From positions 8,186 through 72,185 of the forward strand of contig NW_021833704.1 in NCBI RefSeq assembly GCF_006345805.1: DNA of 64,000 nucleotides, written 5' to 3'. The DNA comes from Octopus sinensis (Eukaryota). Both the position numbers and the translations under genes were made by a program. Shown piece after piece: positions 13,695-25,690 of this stretch (positions within the stretch are counted from its first letter, which is position 1; every line of letters begins with the position of its first letter). The notes beneath the pieces are model-generated. The model was not told where the DNA came from. It searched no databases and saw nothing but the letters and a program-made list of their open reading frames with translations.

Positions 13695-13929
13695 AATCCT
13701 CGCACATGTTGGTTGTTAGAGGTGGGCGGGGATGGGGAGAGGGACAGTGAGAAAGAAGGGTGGTGTAGAAGTTTGCCGGGTGGAGTGTTTCGGCTGCTGA
13801 CGATGGTGATGGTGGGGTGGGTGGGGTGTCTACTGTTGGGGAGCGTGAAGAATGTGTGTGTGTGGGGGGGGTGTTCGCAGGTTACCCTGGTAGAAAGAGG
13901 AGGCGGTTACAGAAAACAACGGAATTTGT

Positions 13930-14449
13930 GATGGTGGTGGCAGTTGTTGCAATTGCGGTGGTGGTGGTGGTGGTGGTGTGGTGGTGGTGGTGGTGATTGT
14001 CCCTGGTGGTGGTAGCTATGATGAAAGTGTTTGTATTGGTATTAGCTGTTGTAGTGGTGGTGGTTGTGGTGATAGTGGTAGTGATGGTAGTTGAATTGTT
14101 GTTGTTGGAGTGGTGGTTGTGGTGGTGGTAGTGGTGGTGGTATTTGTGATGCTACTGTTGGTATTAGTGATGGTGGTGGTGGTTTTAGTGGTGGTGGTAG
14201 TGGTGGTGGTAGTGGTGATGCTACTGTTGGTATTAGTGGTAGTGGTGGTGGTGGTAGTGGGGGTAGTCATGGTGCTTTTAGTGGCAGTGGTGGTGGTACT
14301 GGTGGTGGTGGTAGTGGTGATGCTGATGTTGGTAGTAGTGGTGGTGGTGGTGGTGGTGGTGGTGGTGAGGGTGCTTGTATTGGCGCTAGCATTTGTGGTA
14401 GTGTTGGCTTTAGTTGTGGTGCTGATGATGGTAATGTTGATGCCTATAT

Positions 14450-14481
<32 letters not shown>
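13930..14481. repeat. (GGT)n/(GTA)n/(GTT)n trinucleotide low-complexity tract
   Basis: Direct reading; yields the poly-V, poly-G and poly-T ORFs. Confidence 0.95.
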
Positions 14482-14483
<2 letters not shown>

Positions 14484-14525
14484 CCAATGTCAACCCAGGT
14501 TTTAAAACCCTTGAAAACTCAGAAA

Positions 14526-14808
14526 CTACTCTTTTATCCTTTTATTTGTTTCAGCCACTTGACTGCGGCCATGCTGGTGCACTGCCTTTAGTCGAGTAAA
14601 TCGACCCCCAGGACTTATTCTTTCTAAGCCTTGTAATTATTCTATCGGGCACTTTGCCGAACCGCTAAGTTACGTGGACGTAAACACACCAGCATCGGTT
14701 GTCAAGCGATGGTGGGGGAACAAACACAGACACACAAATACACACACGCACACACGCACACACACACATACATACATACATACATACATACACACACATA
14801 CACACACA

Positions 14809-14906
<98 letters not shown>

Positions 14907-15113
14907 CATATATATACATATACATATACATATACATATATATATATATACGACGGGCTTCTTTCAGTTTCCGTCTACCAAATCCACTCAAAAGGCTTTG
15001 GTCGGTCTGAGGCAATAGTAGAAGGCATTAGCTCAAGGCGCCACGTAGTGGGGCTGAACCCAGAACCATGTGGTTGGTGAGCAAGCTACTTACCACACAG
15101 CCATTCCTGCGCC
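14526..15113 (-). mobile_element. tRNA-derived SINE family A (internal CA/TA microsatellite)
   Basis: Minus-strand head GGCGCAGGAATGGCTGTGTGGTAAG...GGTTCTGGGTTCAGCCC (A/B-box-like); homologous copies at 16529, 35700, 50643, 61937. Confidence 0.85.
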
Positions 15114-15126
15114 AATAAAGTGTGAA

Positions 15127-15246
15127 ACGCTTAAAAGCACCTAGGTTTCCCAAACGGTCACCCATCTAAGTACTAACTAGGCTGGACGTTGCTTAACTTC
15201 GGTGATCGGACGAGAACCGGTGCTTTCAACGTGATATGTGGGCGAC
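15127..15246 (-). rRNA. 5S rRNA-derived sequence, probably a pseudogene
   Basis: Reverse complement reads ...CATATCACGTTGAAAGCACCGGTTCTCGTCCGATCACCGAAGTTAAGCAACGTCCAGCCTAGTTAGTACTTAGATGGGTGACCGTTTGGGAAACCTAGGTGC..., recognisable metazoan 5S; helix I ends are mismatched, single copy, no TTTT terminator. Confidence 0.88.
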
Positions 15247-15320
15247 TGCAGTATTCCAGATATTGCTTACAGCCATTTAGTGTAAGCCAGGCATATGATG
15301 TATGCCGCGGAATGATATAT

Positions 15321-15722
15321 ACCTATTTCTTTATTACCCACAAGGGGCTAAGCACAGAGGGAACAAACAAGGACAGACATAGGTATTAAGTCGATTACAT
15401 CGACCCCAGTTCGTAACTGGTACTTAATTTATCGACCCGAAAGGATGAAAGACAAAGTCGACCTCGGCGGAATTTGAACTCACAACGTAACGCAGACGAA
15501 ATACCTATTTCTTTATTACCCACAAGGGGCTAAACACAGAGGGAACAAACAAGGACAGACATAGGTATTAAGTCGATTACATCGACCCCAGTTCCTAACT
15601 GGTACTTAATTTATCGACTCCGAAAGGATGAAAGGCAAAGTCGACCTCGGCGGAATTTGAACTCACAACGTAACGGCAGACGAAATACCGCTAAGCATTT
15701 CGCCCGGCGTGCTAACGTTACC
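15321..15722 (-). mobile_element. SINE family B, tandem dimer
   Basis: Two ~185-bp units joined at GAAATAG|GTATTTCGTCTG on the minus strand; body GTCGACTTTGCCTTTCATCCTTTCGG.GTCGATAAATTAAGTACCAG. Confidence 0.85.
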
Positions 15723-15955
15723 GTTAATTGCATGGAATGCACTGTGCATATATATTTTGCGCAATAGTGCAAACTGCCCTTTTCCTTCACTGTCCAGCAT
15801 GTTTCTGCAAACCTGTTGTTTTCTTGATCTTGTTGTTATTTAGCACTGAACCAGGTCAAGTCCAGCAGAACTCGTATGAGGAAAAAGGTGACGGAAAGAC
15901 TCTGAGGAAAGAGGTTCTAACTGCATTCAGGACTCTTGTCTTCTTGTGACCAAAT

Positions 15956-16328
15956 AGTGGAGGCGCAATGGCCCAGTGGTTAGGGTAGCGGACTCGCGGT
16001 TTCGATTCCCAGACCGGGCGTTGTGAGTGTTTATTGAGCGAAAACACCTAAAAGCTCCACGAGGCTCCGGTAGGGGATGGTGATGATCCCTGCTGTACTC
16101 TTTCACCACAACTTTCTCTCACTCTTACTTCCTGTTTCTGTTGTACCTGTATTTCAAGGGGTCGGCCTTGTCACTCACTGTGTCACGCTGAATATCCCCG
16201 AGAACTACGTTAAGGGTACACGTGTCTGTGGAGTGCTCAGCCACTTACACGTTAATTTCACGAGCAGGCTGTTCCGTTGATTCGGATCAACCGGAACCCT
16301 CATCGTCGTTACCGACGGAGTGCTTCCA
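15956..16328 (+). mobile_element. tRNA-derived SINE family C with 11-bp TSD
   Basis: Head GGAGGCGCAATGGCCCAGTGGTTAGGG...GGTTTCGATTCCC; TSD TGTGACCAAAT at 15945-15955 and 16329-16339. Confidence 0.9.
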
Positions 16329-16528
16329 TGTGACCAAATGGCTAGGATGTTGACTTTACGAGTGTGAAGTCGTGCTTTCGATTCCCATACCGAGCAAAGC
16401 ATTTCCTTTCGCATTCTTCCACCCTACTCATCTGAAAATGGGAACCGGCAACAGTTGTTACTCATTAACCCTTCGATAGCGGTATTGCTCAAAGTTAAGA
16501 CTAACCCAGGACTACATTATCAAATATA

Positions 16529-16965
16529 TACTCTTTTACTCTTTTACTCTTTTACTGGTTTCAGTCATTTGACTGCGGCCATGCTGGAGCACCGCCTTCA
16601 GTCGAGCAAATCGACCCCGGGACTTATTCTTTGTAAGCCCAGTACTTATTCTATCGGTCTCTTTTGCCGAACCGCTAAGTGACGAGGACGTAAACACACC
16701 AGCATCGGTTGTCAAGCAATGCTAGGGGGACAAACACAGACACACAAACACATACACACACATATGTATATATACATATATACGACAGGCTTCTTTCAGT
16801 TTCCGTCTACCAAATCCACTCACAAGGCATTGGTCGGCCCGGGGCTATAGCAGAAGACACTTGCCCAAGATGCCACGCAGTGGGACTGAACCTGGAACCA
16901 TGTGGTTGGTTAGCAAGCTACTTACCACACAGCCACTCCTGCGCCTATAGCCACTCCTGCGCCTA
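16529..16965 (-). mobile_element. SINE family A
   Basis: Homologous to 14526-15113; (GAGTAAAA)n tail; 18-bp duplication of the head. Confidence 0.88.
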
Positions 16966-17998
16966 TGATAGGATATAATTTGAGGAGGATTTTGTTGAGA
17001 GATTCATATGGTATAGATGAGAGAAGTATGGGTCGCCTACTTCAAGTACTGACCATCTGTGGAAACCATTCTGGTATGGTGTGGGGTGAAGGCTAATGAA
17101 GTAAATGATGTTACTGATCTTTTGGGGGTTGGCGTATGTAGCTTCAAGTTTAACAGAGCAACGGAGTGGAAGGGTTAATGTTGTCAGAGTGACGTCATAG
17201 TTATGCCGTTGTTTTTGTCACCGTATATTTTTTAACCCTGTGTCGACCCTGATTGAGCAAATTTATATTCAAACATATTGTAACTGTGACAATCTAATCT
17301 CTTTAGGAATATGTAAGACCAAATTATCGAATCATTTTTTTTTCCCCCTTTACAGAAGACACAGTGTGGTTTGTGAGAATTATGATAGTGGTAATCGAGC
17401 ACTTAGTAGCTCCTTCGTTGGTACACAATTGTAGCTGGGGGTGGGGAGAAGGGTTCTAACCAAATTGCCTCCATACGGTAGCTGTGAGTTATCTAAATAC
17501 TTTTGTACACCTTTTCTGTTGCCTCAGTGTGGTACCTGTGATTGTACTATTGTTGTCTCATTCTTTCCTCTGTAGTGGTACCTGCAAAGGCTGAAAGTAC
17601 ATTTTCACATCACTGCCATCTATTCCGTTTCATCATCCATCGGTAACATTGATTTTTTTTTTTTTAGTTGTTATTGATTATTGATTCTTTCTATTGATTC
17701 AATGCACGTGAAAGGATTCCGTTGACAAATGTCGTACTTGGGGGATTTGATCCCTTGACAGTTGTTCCCGACTTGCTTTTTCTAAATCGCATCCGTGTGT
17801 GGTCTTTTATTCTTTTATTGTTTTAATGGTTCTAGTTGTAGGACTGTGGCCACGTTTTATTGTCGCTTTATGGCTGGAAGTTGGTCAATGATTGAGTTCG
17901 TAGCAGCCGATCTTCTCTGAGTGTTTCTTTGAATGGTTGGCTGATCCGGTATCATTATCAGAAGTTTATCCAATGTTTTTTTTTTATGTTTCAGTAGT

Positions 17999-18417
17999 GG
18001 TTCCTTTTATACTATGTGGCTCAGAAATCTGGACGTTATCAAAGAAGCTTGAGAGGCGGTTGGATGGAACCTACACTCGCCTCCTTATGAGAGCTCAAAA
18101 TCTCTCGTGGAAGCGCCATCCAACCAAAATGCAAATATATGGGAAACTACCACCTGTGTCATCTCTTGTGAAAGGTAGGAGAGTCCAGTTTGCTGGACAT
18201 TGTTGTAGAGCTGAAAAAGAAGTAATTTCTACTCTTCTCCTCTGGAAGCCATCTACTTGCAATACCAGAGGGCGCACACTCTCCTACCCTGATGTAATCT
18301 CCAGGGATACAAGCATCCAGCAACAGGACCTCCGTAATGCCATGATGGACCGTGAAGTCTGGCGTAGCATGGTAAATTCCATTGTCTCGACCACGGTCGA
18401 ACAATGATGATGATGAT
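17999..18417 (+). mobile_element. RTE-clade LINE 3' fragment
   Basis: FILCGSEIWTLSKKLERRLDGTYTRLLMRAQNLSW...RRVQFAGHC.R...DREVWR is a typical RTE post-RT C-terminus; stop at 18407 followed by a (GAT)n tail. Confidence 0.85.
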
Positions 18418-18747
18418 ATCTACCTGTTCGTGCATTCAAATTCTCCGTAATGCCGAAGTTTGGAACAGGCTCCGTTGTTGAAATACATGGGATTATTAGT
18501 ATTTCTGTATTATTCGAGTTTAGTTTCTTATCGTTGTTCAGTCGCAGATCAACTCTGATTGTGTTGGCACATAATCGAAAGTATTTCGTTTCTTAGCATT
18601 TCGTTTCGTCGTTTTCTTGGGCAGAATGAATTCATCTAATTTGTCCTTCCTTTTAGTGTGGCCTGATGGCGATATGCCTCCACTTTCTGGCAGATTAAGC
18701 ACCTGCGTAGAGGGTGCCTTACTGGCACCTTGTCGGGGATGGGTTTT

Positions 18748-18802
<55 letters not shown>

Positions 18803-19628
18803 CAGCAGCAGCAGTAGTAGTAGTAGTAATAGTAGTAGTAGTAGTTGTTGTTGTTGTTGTTGTTGTTGTTGCTGTAGTTGTGCTTTATGATGGTGGTGGT
18901 GTCGGTTGCGGCGGCGACGGCGGCGGTGGTTGCGATGATGATGGTGGTGTTGTTGTTGTTGGTGGTGGTGGTTTGGTGGCGGAGGCAGAGATGGTGGTGG
19001 TAGGGGTGATGGTAGGAGTGGCTATGTCTCATTGTTGGACGAGTATTTCGTAATAAAAAATAATGGATGTTGAGAAAGAGACGTAACGTCAGAACAAAAA
19101 AGAGAAAAGAAGAAGAAAAAGGTTTCTTGTAACTAAATGTTTCATTAATTGGTTAATTAAAATTGCGATTAGCTAAATTACTCACATATAAATATATATA
19201 TATATATATGTATGTATATACATACACACACACACATATATGTACGCATGTATGTATGTATGTATGTATGTATGTATGTATGTATGTATGTGTATGTGTG
19301 CACATGTACTTATACTTATATGGATATATATATATTTATATATATATACATTTATATACACATACATAGATCCAAATATATATACATGTATGTATGTATA
19401 TGCGTATATATGTCTTTATATATATATATATATATATACACACGCACAAACATACATTTATACATATATACATATATTATATACACACGCATAAATACGC
19501 AGACACACTCACAGGCGCGCGCGCATGGACACACATAATGAATCATTATGCGCACAAAAAATGAGGTATCCTTCGTTGATTTCATCGAAGACCATACAGT
19601 TGCACGCTCACCCAAACCACCTACTCCT

Positions 19629-19859
19629 TAAATTAATCTATAAGTGGCTGAGTATTCCGGAGACATCTGTACGTTTAACGTAATTCTCAGACTGGCTTCA
19701 CGTGACACCAATATCTGACATGGCATGACCTTTGAATTAAGGGTACAATCCACCCGACTGGTTTCTAAGCCCTAGCCAACGGTTAGATTTCACTAGCAAG
19801 CTTTGGAGAAAACTGAAGTTACGGAGAAAAAGACCCTACAATACTCTTAGCACCGAGCA
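19629..19859 (-). repeat. 231-bp SINE-C-related fragment; near-identical copy at 24209-24439
   Basis: About 6 substitutions between the two copies; one half aligns to the SINE C 3' body. Confidence 0.85.
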
Positions 19860-20293
19860 GTAAGATCCACCTCCGCACCACCCAGCTCCACCCCCGCCGT
19901 TGCAAAATGAGCTTCTTAAGCACTCTCCGGTTCTGCACGCGCGCGCACACTCATATACATATATATGTGAATTCATATATATATTATATATATATAATAT
20001 ATATATATATATACATATATAAAAATTTAGCAATTAAGGACAACTACTTAATAAGGAAAACTTAACAAGAAATGTCAGGTAGATAGCGTAAAAACCTCAT
20101 AAGAGAAAAAATTTCGAAAATAATATTTCTTATTGAACATATTAATTTATATATAGAGAGGGCATTATACATACATGCCAGGAGGCATTCTACATACCCG
20201 CCATACGCTAAGAGGGACAATCAGTCATTTCTACCAAAAATATACTAATCCCACCGAATGCAATTTTTCAAAGAAAGACATTAAAAATATATA

Positions 20294-20339
20294 GACCTGT
20301 ATCACAGTGATTTCATACTTACGTAATCATCAGCAGGCC
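20294..20339 (-). ncRNA. Type I hammerhead ribozyme, unit 1
   Basis: GGCCUG-CUGAUGA-U UAC GUAA GUA U-GAAA-UCA CUG UGA-UA-CAGGUC: stem I 6 bp (one G.U), stem II with GNRA loop, near-palindromic stem III, AUA cleavage triplet. Confidence 0.85.
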
Positions 20340-20777
20340 TGAATATACTATAAATAAACAACGACCTTGCTTCGCTTAAGCCGATCAGCTAACTGATCAA
20401 CATCAACGAAGCACATGGGTGGGTTTATATATACTATATCCGGATGAATGGCAAACTTTTACGAATTGCATTTCGGGAGAGGAAAAGATTTTTTCGGAAT
20501 AAAAATTTAGCAATTAAGGACAACTACTTAATAAGGAAAACTTAACAAGAAATTGTCAGGTAGATAGCGTAAAAACCTCATAAGAGAAAAAATTTCGAAA
20601 ATAATTATTTCTTATTGAACATATTAATTTATATATAGAGAGGGCATTATACATACATGCCAGGAGGCATTCTACATACACGCCATACGCTAAGAGGGAC
20701 AATCAGTCATTTCTACCAAAAATATTACTAATCCCACCGAATGCAATTTTTCAAAGAAAGACATTTAAAAATATATA

Positions 20778-20823
20778 GACCTGTATCACAGTGATTTCAT
20801 ACTTACGTAATCATCAGCAGGCC
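20778..20823 (-). ncRNA. Type I hammerhead ribozyme, unit 2
   Basis: Identical to unit 1. Confidence 0.85.
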
Positions 20824-21261
20824 TGAATATACTATAAATAAACAACGACCTTGCTTCGCTTAAGCCGATCAGCTAACTGATCAACATCAACGAAGCACAT
20901 GGGTGGGTTTATATATACTATATCCGGATGAATGGCAAACTTTTACGAATTGCATTTCGGGAGAGGAAAAGATTTTTTCGGAATAAAAATTTAGCAATTA
21001 AGGACAACTACTTAATAAGGAAAACTTAACAAGAAATTGTCAGGTAGATAGCGTAAAAACCTCATAAGAGAAAAAATTTCGAAAATAATTATTTCTTATT
21101 GAACATATTAATTTATATATAGAGAGGGCATTATACATACATGCCAGGAGGCATTCTACATACACGCCATACGCTAAGAGGGACAATCAGTCATTTCTAC
21201 CAAAAATATTACTAATCCCACCGAATGCAATTTTTCAAAGAAAGACATTTAAAAATATATA

Positions 21262-21307
21262 GACCTGTATCACAGTGATTTCATACTTACGTAATCATCA
21301 GCAGGCC
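21262..21307 (-). ncRNA. Type I hammerhead ribozyme, unit 3
   Basis: Identical to unit 1. Confidence 0.85.
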
Positions 21308-21745
21308 TGAATATACTATAAATAAACAACGACCTTGCTTCGCTTAAGCCGATCAGCTAACTGATCAACATCAACGAAGCACATGGGTGGGTTTATATAT
21401 TACTAATCCGGATGAATGGCAAACTTTTACGAATTGCATTTCGGGAGAGGAAAAGATTTTTTCGGAATAAAAATTTAGCAATTAAGGACAACTACTTAAT
21501 AAGGAAAACTTAACAAGAAATTGTCAGGTAGATAGCGTAAAAACCTCATAAGAGAAAAAATTTCGAAAATAATTATTTCTTATTGAACATATTAATTTAT
21601 ATATAGAGAGGGCATTATACATACATGCCAGGAGGCATTCTACATACACGCCATACGCTAAGAGGGACAATCAGTCATTTCTACCAAAAATATTACTAAT
21701 CCCACCGAATGCAATTTTTCAAAGAAAGACATTTAAAAATATATA

Positions 21746-21791
21746 GACCTGTATCACAGTGATTTCATACTTACGTAATCATCAGCAGACC
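21746..21791 (-). ncRNA. Type I hammerhead ribozyme, unit 4 (one stem I C>U change giving a U.G pair)
   Basis: GGUCUG CUGAUGA ... CAGGUC. Confidence 0.82.
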
Positions 21792-22227
21792 TGAATATAC
21801 TATAAATAAACAACGACCTTGCTTCGCTTAAGCCGATCAGCTAACTGATCAACATCAACGAAGCACATGGGTGGGTTTATATATACTATATCCGGATGAA
21901 TGGCAAACTTTTACGAATTGCATTTCGGAGAGGAAAAGATTTTTTCGGAATAAAAATTTAGCAATTAAGGACAACTACTTAATAAGGAAAACTTAACAAG
22001 AATTGTCAGGTAGATAGCGTAAAAACCTCATAAGAGAAAAAATTTCGAAAATAATTATTTCTTATTGAACATATTAATTTATATATAGAGAGGGCATTAT
22101 ACATACATGCCAGGAGGCATTCTACATACACGCCATACGCTAAGAGGGACAATCAGTCATTTCTACCAAAAATATTACTAATCCCACCGAATGCAATTTT
22201 TCAAAGAAAGACATTTAAAAATATATA

Positions 22228-22268
22228 GACTGTATCACAGTGATTCATACTCTAATCATCAGCAGGCC
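22228..22268 (-). ncRNA. Degraded hammerhead, unit 5 (several 1-2 nt deletions, possibly sequencing error)
   Basis: GACTGTATCACAGTGATTCATACTCTAATCATCAGCAGGCC on the + strand: GAAA and stem II are shortened. Confidence 0.5.
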
Positions 22269-22700
22269 TGAATATACTATAAATAAACAACGACCTTGCT
22301 TCGCTTAAGCCGATCAGCTAACTGATCAACATCAACGAAGCACATGGGTGGGTTTATATATACTATATCCGGATGAATGGCAAACTTTTACGAATTGCAT
22401 TTCGGGAGAGGAAAAGATTTTTTCGAATAAAAATTTAGCAATTAAGGACAACTACTTAATAAGAAAACTTAACAAAATTGTCAGGTAGATAGCGTAAAAA
22501 CCTCATAAGAGAAAAAATTTCGAAAATAATTATTTCTTATTGACATATTAATTTATATATAGAGAGGGCATTATACATACATGCCAGGAGGCATTCTACA
22601 TACACGCCATACGCTAAGAGGGACAATCAGTCATTTCTACCAAAAATATTACTAATCCCACCGAATGCAATTTTTCAAGAAAGACATTTAAAAATATATA

Positions 22701-22746
22701 GACCTGTATCACAGTGATTTCATACTTACGTAATCATCAGCAGGCC
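22701..22746 (-). ncRNA. Type I hammerhead ribozyme, unit 6
   Basis: Identical to unit 1. Confidence 0.85.
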
Positions 22747-23271
22747 TGAATATACTATAATAAACAACGACCTTGCTTCGCTTAAGCCGATCAGCTAACT
22801 GATCAACATCAACGAAGCACATGGGTGGGTTTATATATACTATATCCGGATGAATGGCAAACTTTTACGAATTGCATTTCGGGAGAGGAAAAGATTTTTT
22901 CGGAATAAAAAATTAGCAATTAAGGACAACTACTTAATAAGGAAAACTTAACAAGAAATTGTCAGGTAGATAGCGTAGATTAGTAATATTTTTGGTAGAA
23001 ATGACTGATTGTCCCTCTTAGCGTATGGCGTGTATGTAGAATGCCTCCTGGCATGTATGTATAATGCCCTCTCTATATATATACATATATATTATATATA
23101 TATATATATATACACACTCACACACACACACACATATATATATATATGTATGTATGTAGTATGTATGTATGTATGTATGTATGTATAAGCATATATATAT
23201 ATGTGTGTGTGTGTATGTGTGTATGTATATATGTATGTGTGTGTGTATGTATGCATGTCTGCATTTGTACA

Positions 23272-24711
23272 TACGAGGGGTACCCAAAAGTAACCGGAAA
23301 CGTTCTCTGTGAGACAAGTTCGTTATGGTTCAGGTTTTCGCCGCTAGTAGCCACTTGATGCAACCCTCAAGCATCAGTCTGCCGACAGGCGTTTTTGCTT
23401 TACGGGCCTTCCCCTGATCGTCGAGTTTTGCGATGGCTGAAACGAAGGAACAGTGTGCCTTCCGTGAAGCTGCCATGAGCAAAACACAAGTTTACGAGTG
23501 GTTTCCAGACTTCAGGAACGGTCCCTTGTCGCTTGAAGACCAACCTCGTTCAGGGCCACCGTCGACCTCCCGAACGAATGAAAACATAACGAAAATTCAT
23601 GAACTGATCTTGGAGGGCCGTCGCCGAACAATTGATGAACTTGTTGATATGACTGGTATGTCCTGGATCCCCTGTCAATGAATTTTGAAGGAGAAATTGT
23701 GAATGAAAAGAGTTGCAGCAAAATGTATGCCTTGCTTGCTCACGGATGATCAAAAGCAGTCACGACTGAATGCGTATTATGAACTGAAAGAGAGGGTTGG
23801 AAATTGATCCGGACCTTTTTTCGAAGTTTATCACTGGTGATGAAAGCTGGTGCTACGGCTACGACCTGCAATCAAGTCAATGGAAGCATTCAATGTCCCC
23901 CCTCCCCCCCCACCAAAGGACGTTCAGTGAAATTCAATGCCAAGACGATGCTGGTTTGTTTCAGCGATGAGAAAGGAATTGTCCACACAGAATTTGCTCC
24001 TCCTGGTCAAACTGTTTAACCAGACATTTTACTTGGCATTTCTGGAGCATTTGCGAGACATGGCGAGACGAAAACGCCACGACTTGTGACAAAGTGGTGA
24101 TGGGTGATTTTATCAAGGCAATGTACCTGTGCTCACCGCCTTGCACGTGAGACAGGTTTTGACGAAAAATGACATGACCCTACTTACCCACCCTCCCTAT
24201 TCACCCAATAAATTAATCTTTAAGTGGCTGAGTATTCCAGAGACATCTGTACGTTTAACGTAATTCTCAGGCTAGCTTCACGTGACACCAATATCTGACA
24301 TGGCATGACCTTTGGATTAAGGGTACAATCCACCCGACTGGTTTCTAAGCCCTAGCCGACGGTTAGATTTCACTAGCAAGCTTTGGAGAAAACTGAAGTT
24401 ACGGAGAAAAAGACCCTACAATACTCTTAGCACCGAGCACTGTGAATTTTTTTGTTCCCTCGGATGAAAAAAGTCCTCAAAGGAAAACATTTTGCAGATG
24501 TTAAGGAGGTGAAGAAAAAAACCGACGGAGGCGTTAAAATGCATCACTTGTCAAGAGTTCCAGGACTGCTTCGGACAGTGGAAAACGCGTCTGGACCGAT
24601 GCATTGCTTCAAATGGAGAATACTTTGAAGGTGATAAAAGTGTAAATATGTAAAACTAAGTGAATAAAATGTTATATCAAAATTCCGGTTTCTTTTGGGT
24701 AGGCCCCCGTA
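23272..24711 (+). mobile_element. Mariner (DD34D-type) transposon, pseudogenised, with a 231-bp insertion
   Basis: TIRs TACGAGGGGTACCCAAAAGTAACCGGAA / TTCCGGTTTCTTTTGGGTAGGCCCCCGTA; remnants SKTQVYEWF..F, PRSGPPST, DESW.YGYD, HPPYSP|insert|C.FFLFP, DRCIASNGEYFEG. Confidence 0.93.
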
Positions 24712-24753
24712 TACATACACACACAGAGACACACACACAAACAAACATATATA

Positions 24754-24801
<48 letters not shown>

Positions 24802-25385
24802 GTGTGTGTGTGTGTGTGTGTATACATGTATATATATATATAGACATACACATGTATATATGTATGCTTTAGCAGTAGTGTATAAACATCCATCCATCCA
24901 TCCATTCATACATACATACATACATACATACATGTATGCATGCATGCATACATACATACATACATACATACATACATACATACATACATACATACATACA
25001 TACATACATACATACATGAATACAAGCATACATACGCACGTAGGAATGTATGTATGCATTACATGACCGAGTGTATATAATCTGAATACATATGTAATTA
25101 AATAAAAATGAAATTAATGAAGTGACTATGTTAAAACGTTGTTGATAATCCTTCCAATTAGAATTTATAGCTGTAAAAAAAAACTTTTTTCTTTCTCGTG
25201 CGCTCATTTCACGTAGCATTGTCGTTTTACCGTCATATTTTCAGGTTATCTGACGCATGTTCATACTCACTCACAAGCTACGTACATACGTACATAATTT
25301 CAATAGATTTATGTAGACGTACGTAATTTTTATACATACATATATACCTAGATATTTTAATACGTACATAAATTTAGTCTATATG

Positions 25386-25450
<65 letters not shown>

Positions 25451-25490
25451 TGAGAGAGAGAGACAGACAGACAGACGACAGACAGAGATA

Positions 25491-25690
25491 GGCGGCGAGC
25501 TGGCAGACACGTTAGCGCGCCGGGCGAAATGCTTAGCGGTATTTCGTCTGTCGTTACATTCTGAGTTCAAATTCCGCCGCGGTCGACTTTGCCTTTCATC
25601 CTTTCGGAGTTGATAAATAAAGTACCAGTTTTGCACTGGGGTCAATGTAATCGACTTAGTCCCTTTGTCTGTCCTTGTTTGTCCCCTCTA
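25491..25690 (+). mobile_element. SINE family B
   Basis: GGCGGCGAGCTGGCAGACACGTTAGC...GTCGACTTTGCCTTTCATCC...TTGTCCCCTCTATGT. Confidence 0.85.

Larger units (their letters stand above)
20021..22977 (-). repeat. ~484-bp tandem array (6 full units plus a partial), each unit carrying a minimal type I hammerhead ribozyme (retrozyme / PLE pseudo-LTR-like)
   Basis: Unit starts at about 20021, 20501, 20985, 21469, 21952, 22428, 22906; no ORF; (TA)n on the left; an inverted partial unit at 22978-23081 then (TA)n on the right. Confidence 0.93.

Noticed and set aside
15956-16035. tRNA genes (also heads at 28738, 37500, 40038, 63501)
   Set aside because: A/B boxes are present but there is no acceptor stem or proper cloverleaf; each continues into a shared SINE body with TSDs.
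16970-17940. Degenerate Penelope/LINE coding remnant on the minus strand
   Set aside because: Only isolated weak motifs, not in a consistent order.
20021-22977. CRISPR array or rDNA/histone spacer repeat
   Set aside because: Whole units are identical with no variable spacers, no cas genes, and no rRNA or histone similarity; eukaryotic context.
19629-24439. 231-bp direct repeats as LTRs of an element carrying the array
   Set aside because: No TG...CA ends, PBS, PPT or TSD; the right copy interrupts a mariner whose left half lies inside the interval.
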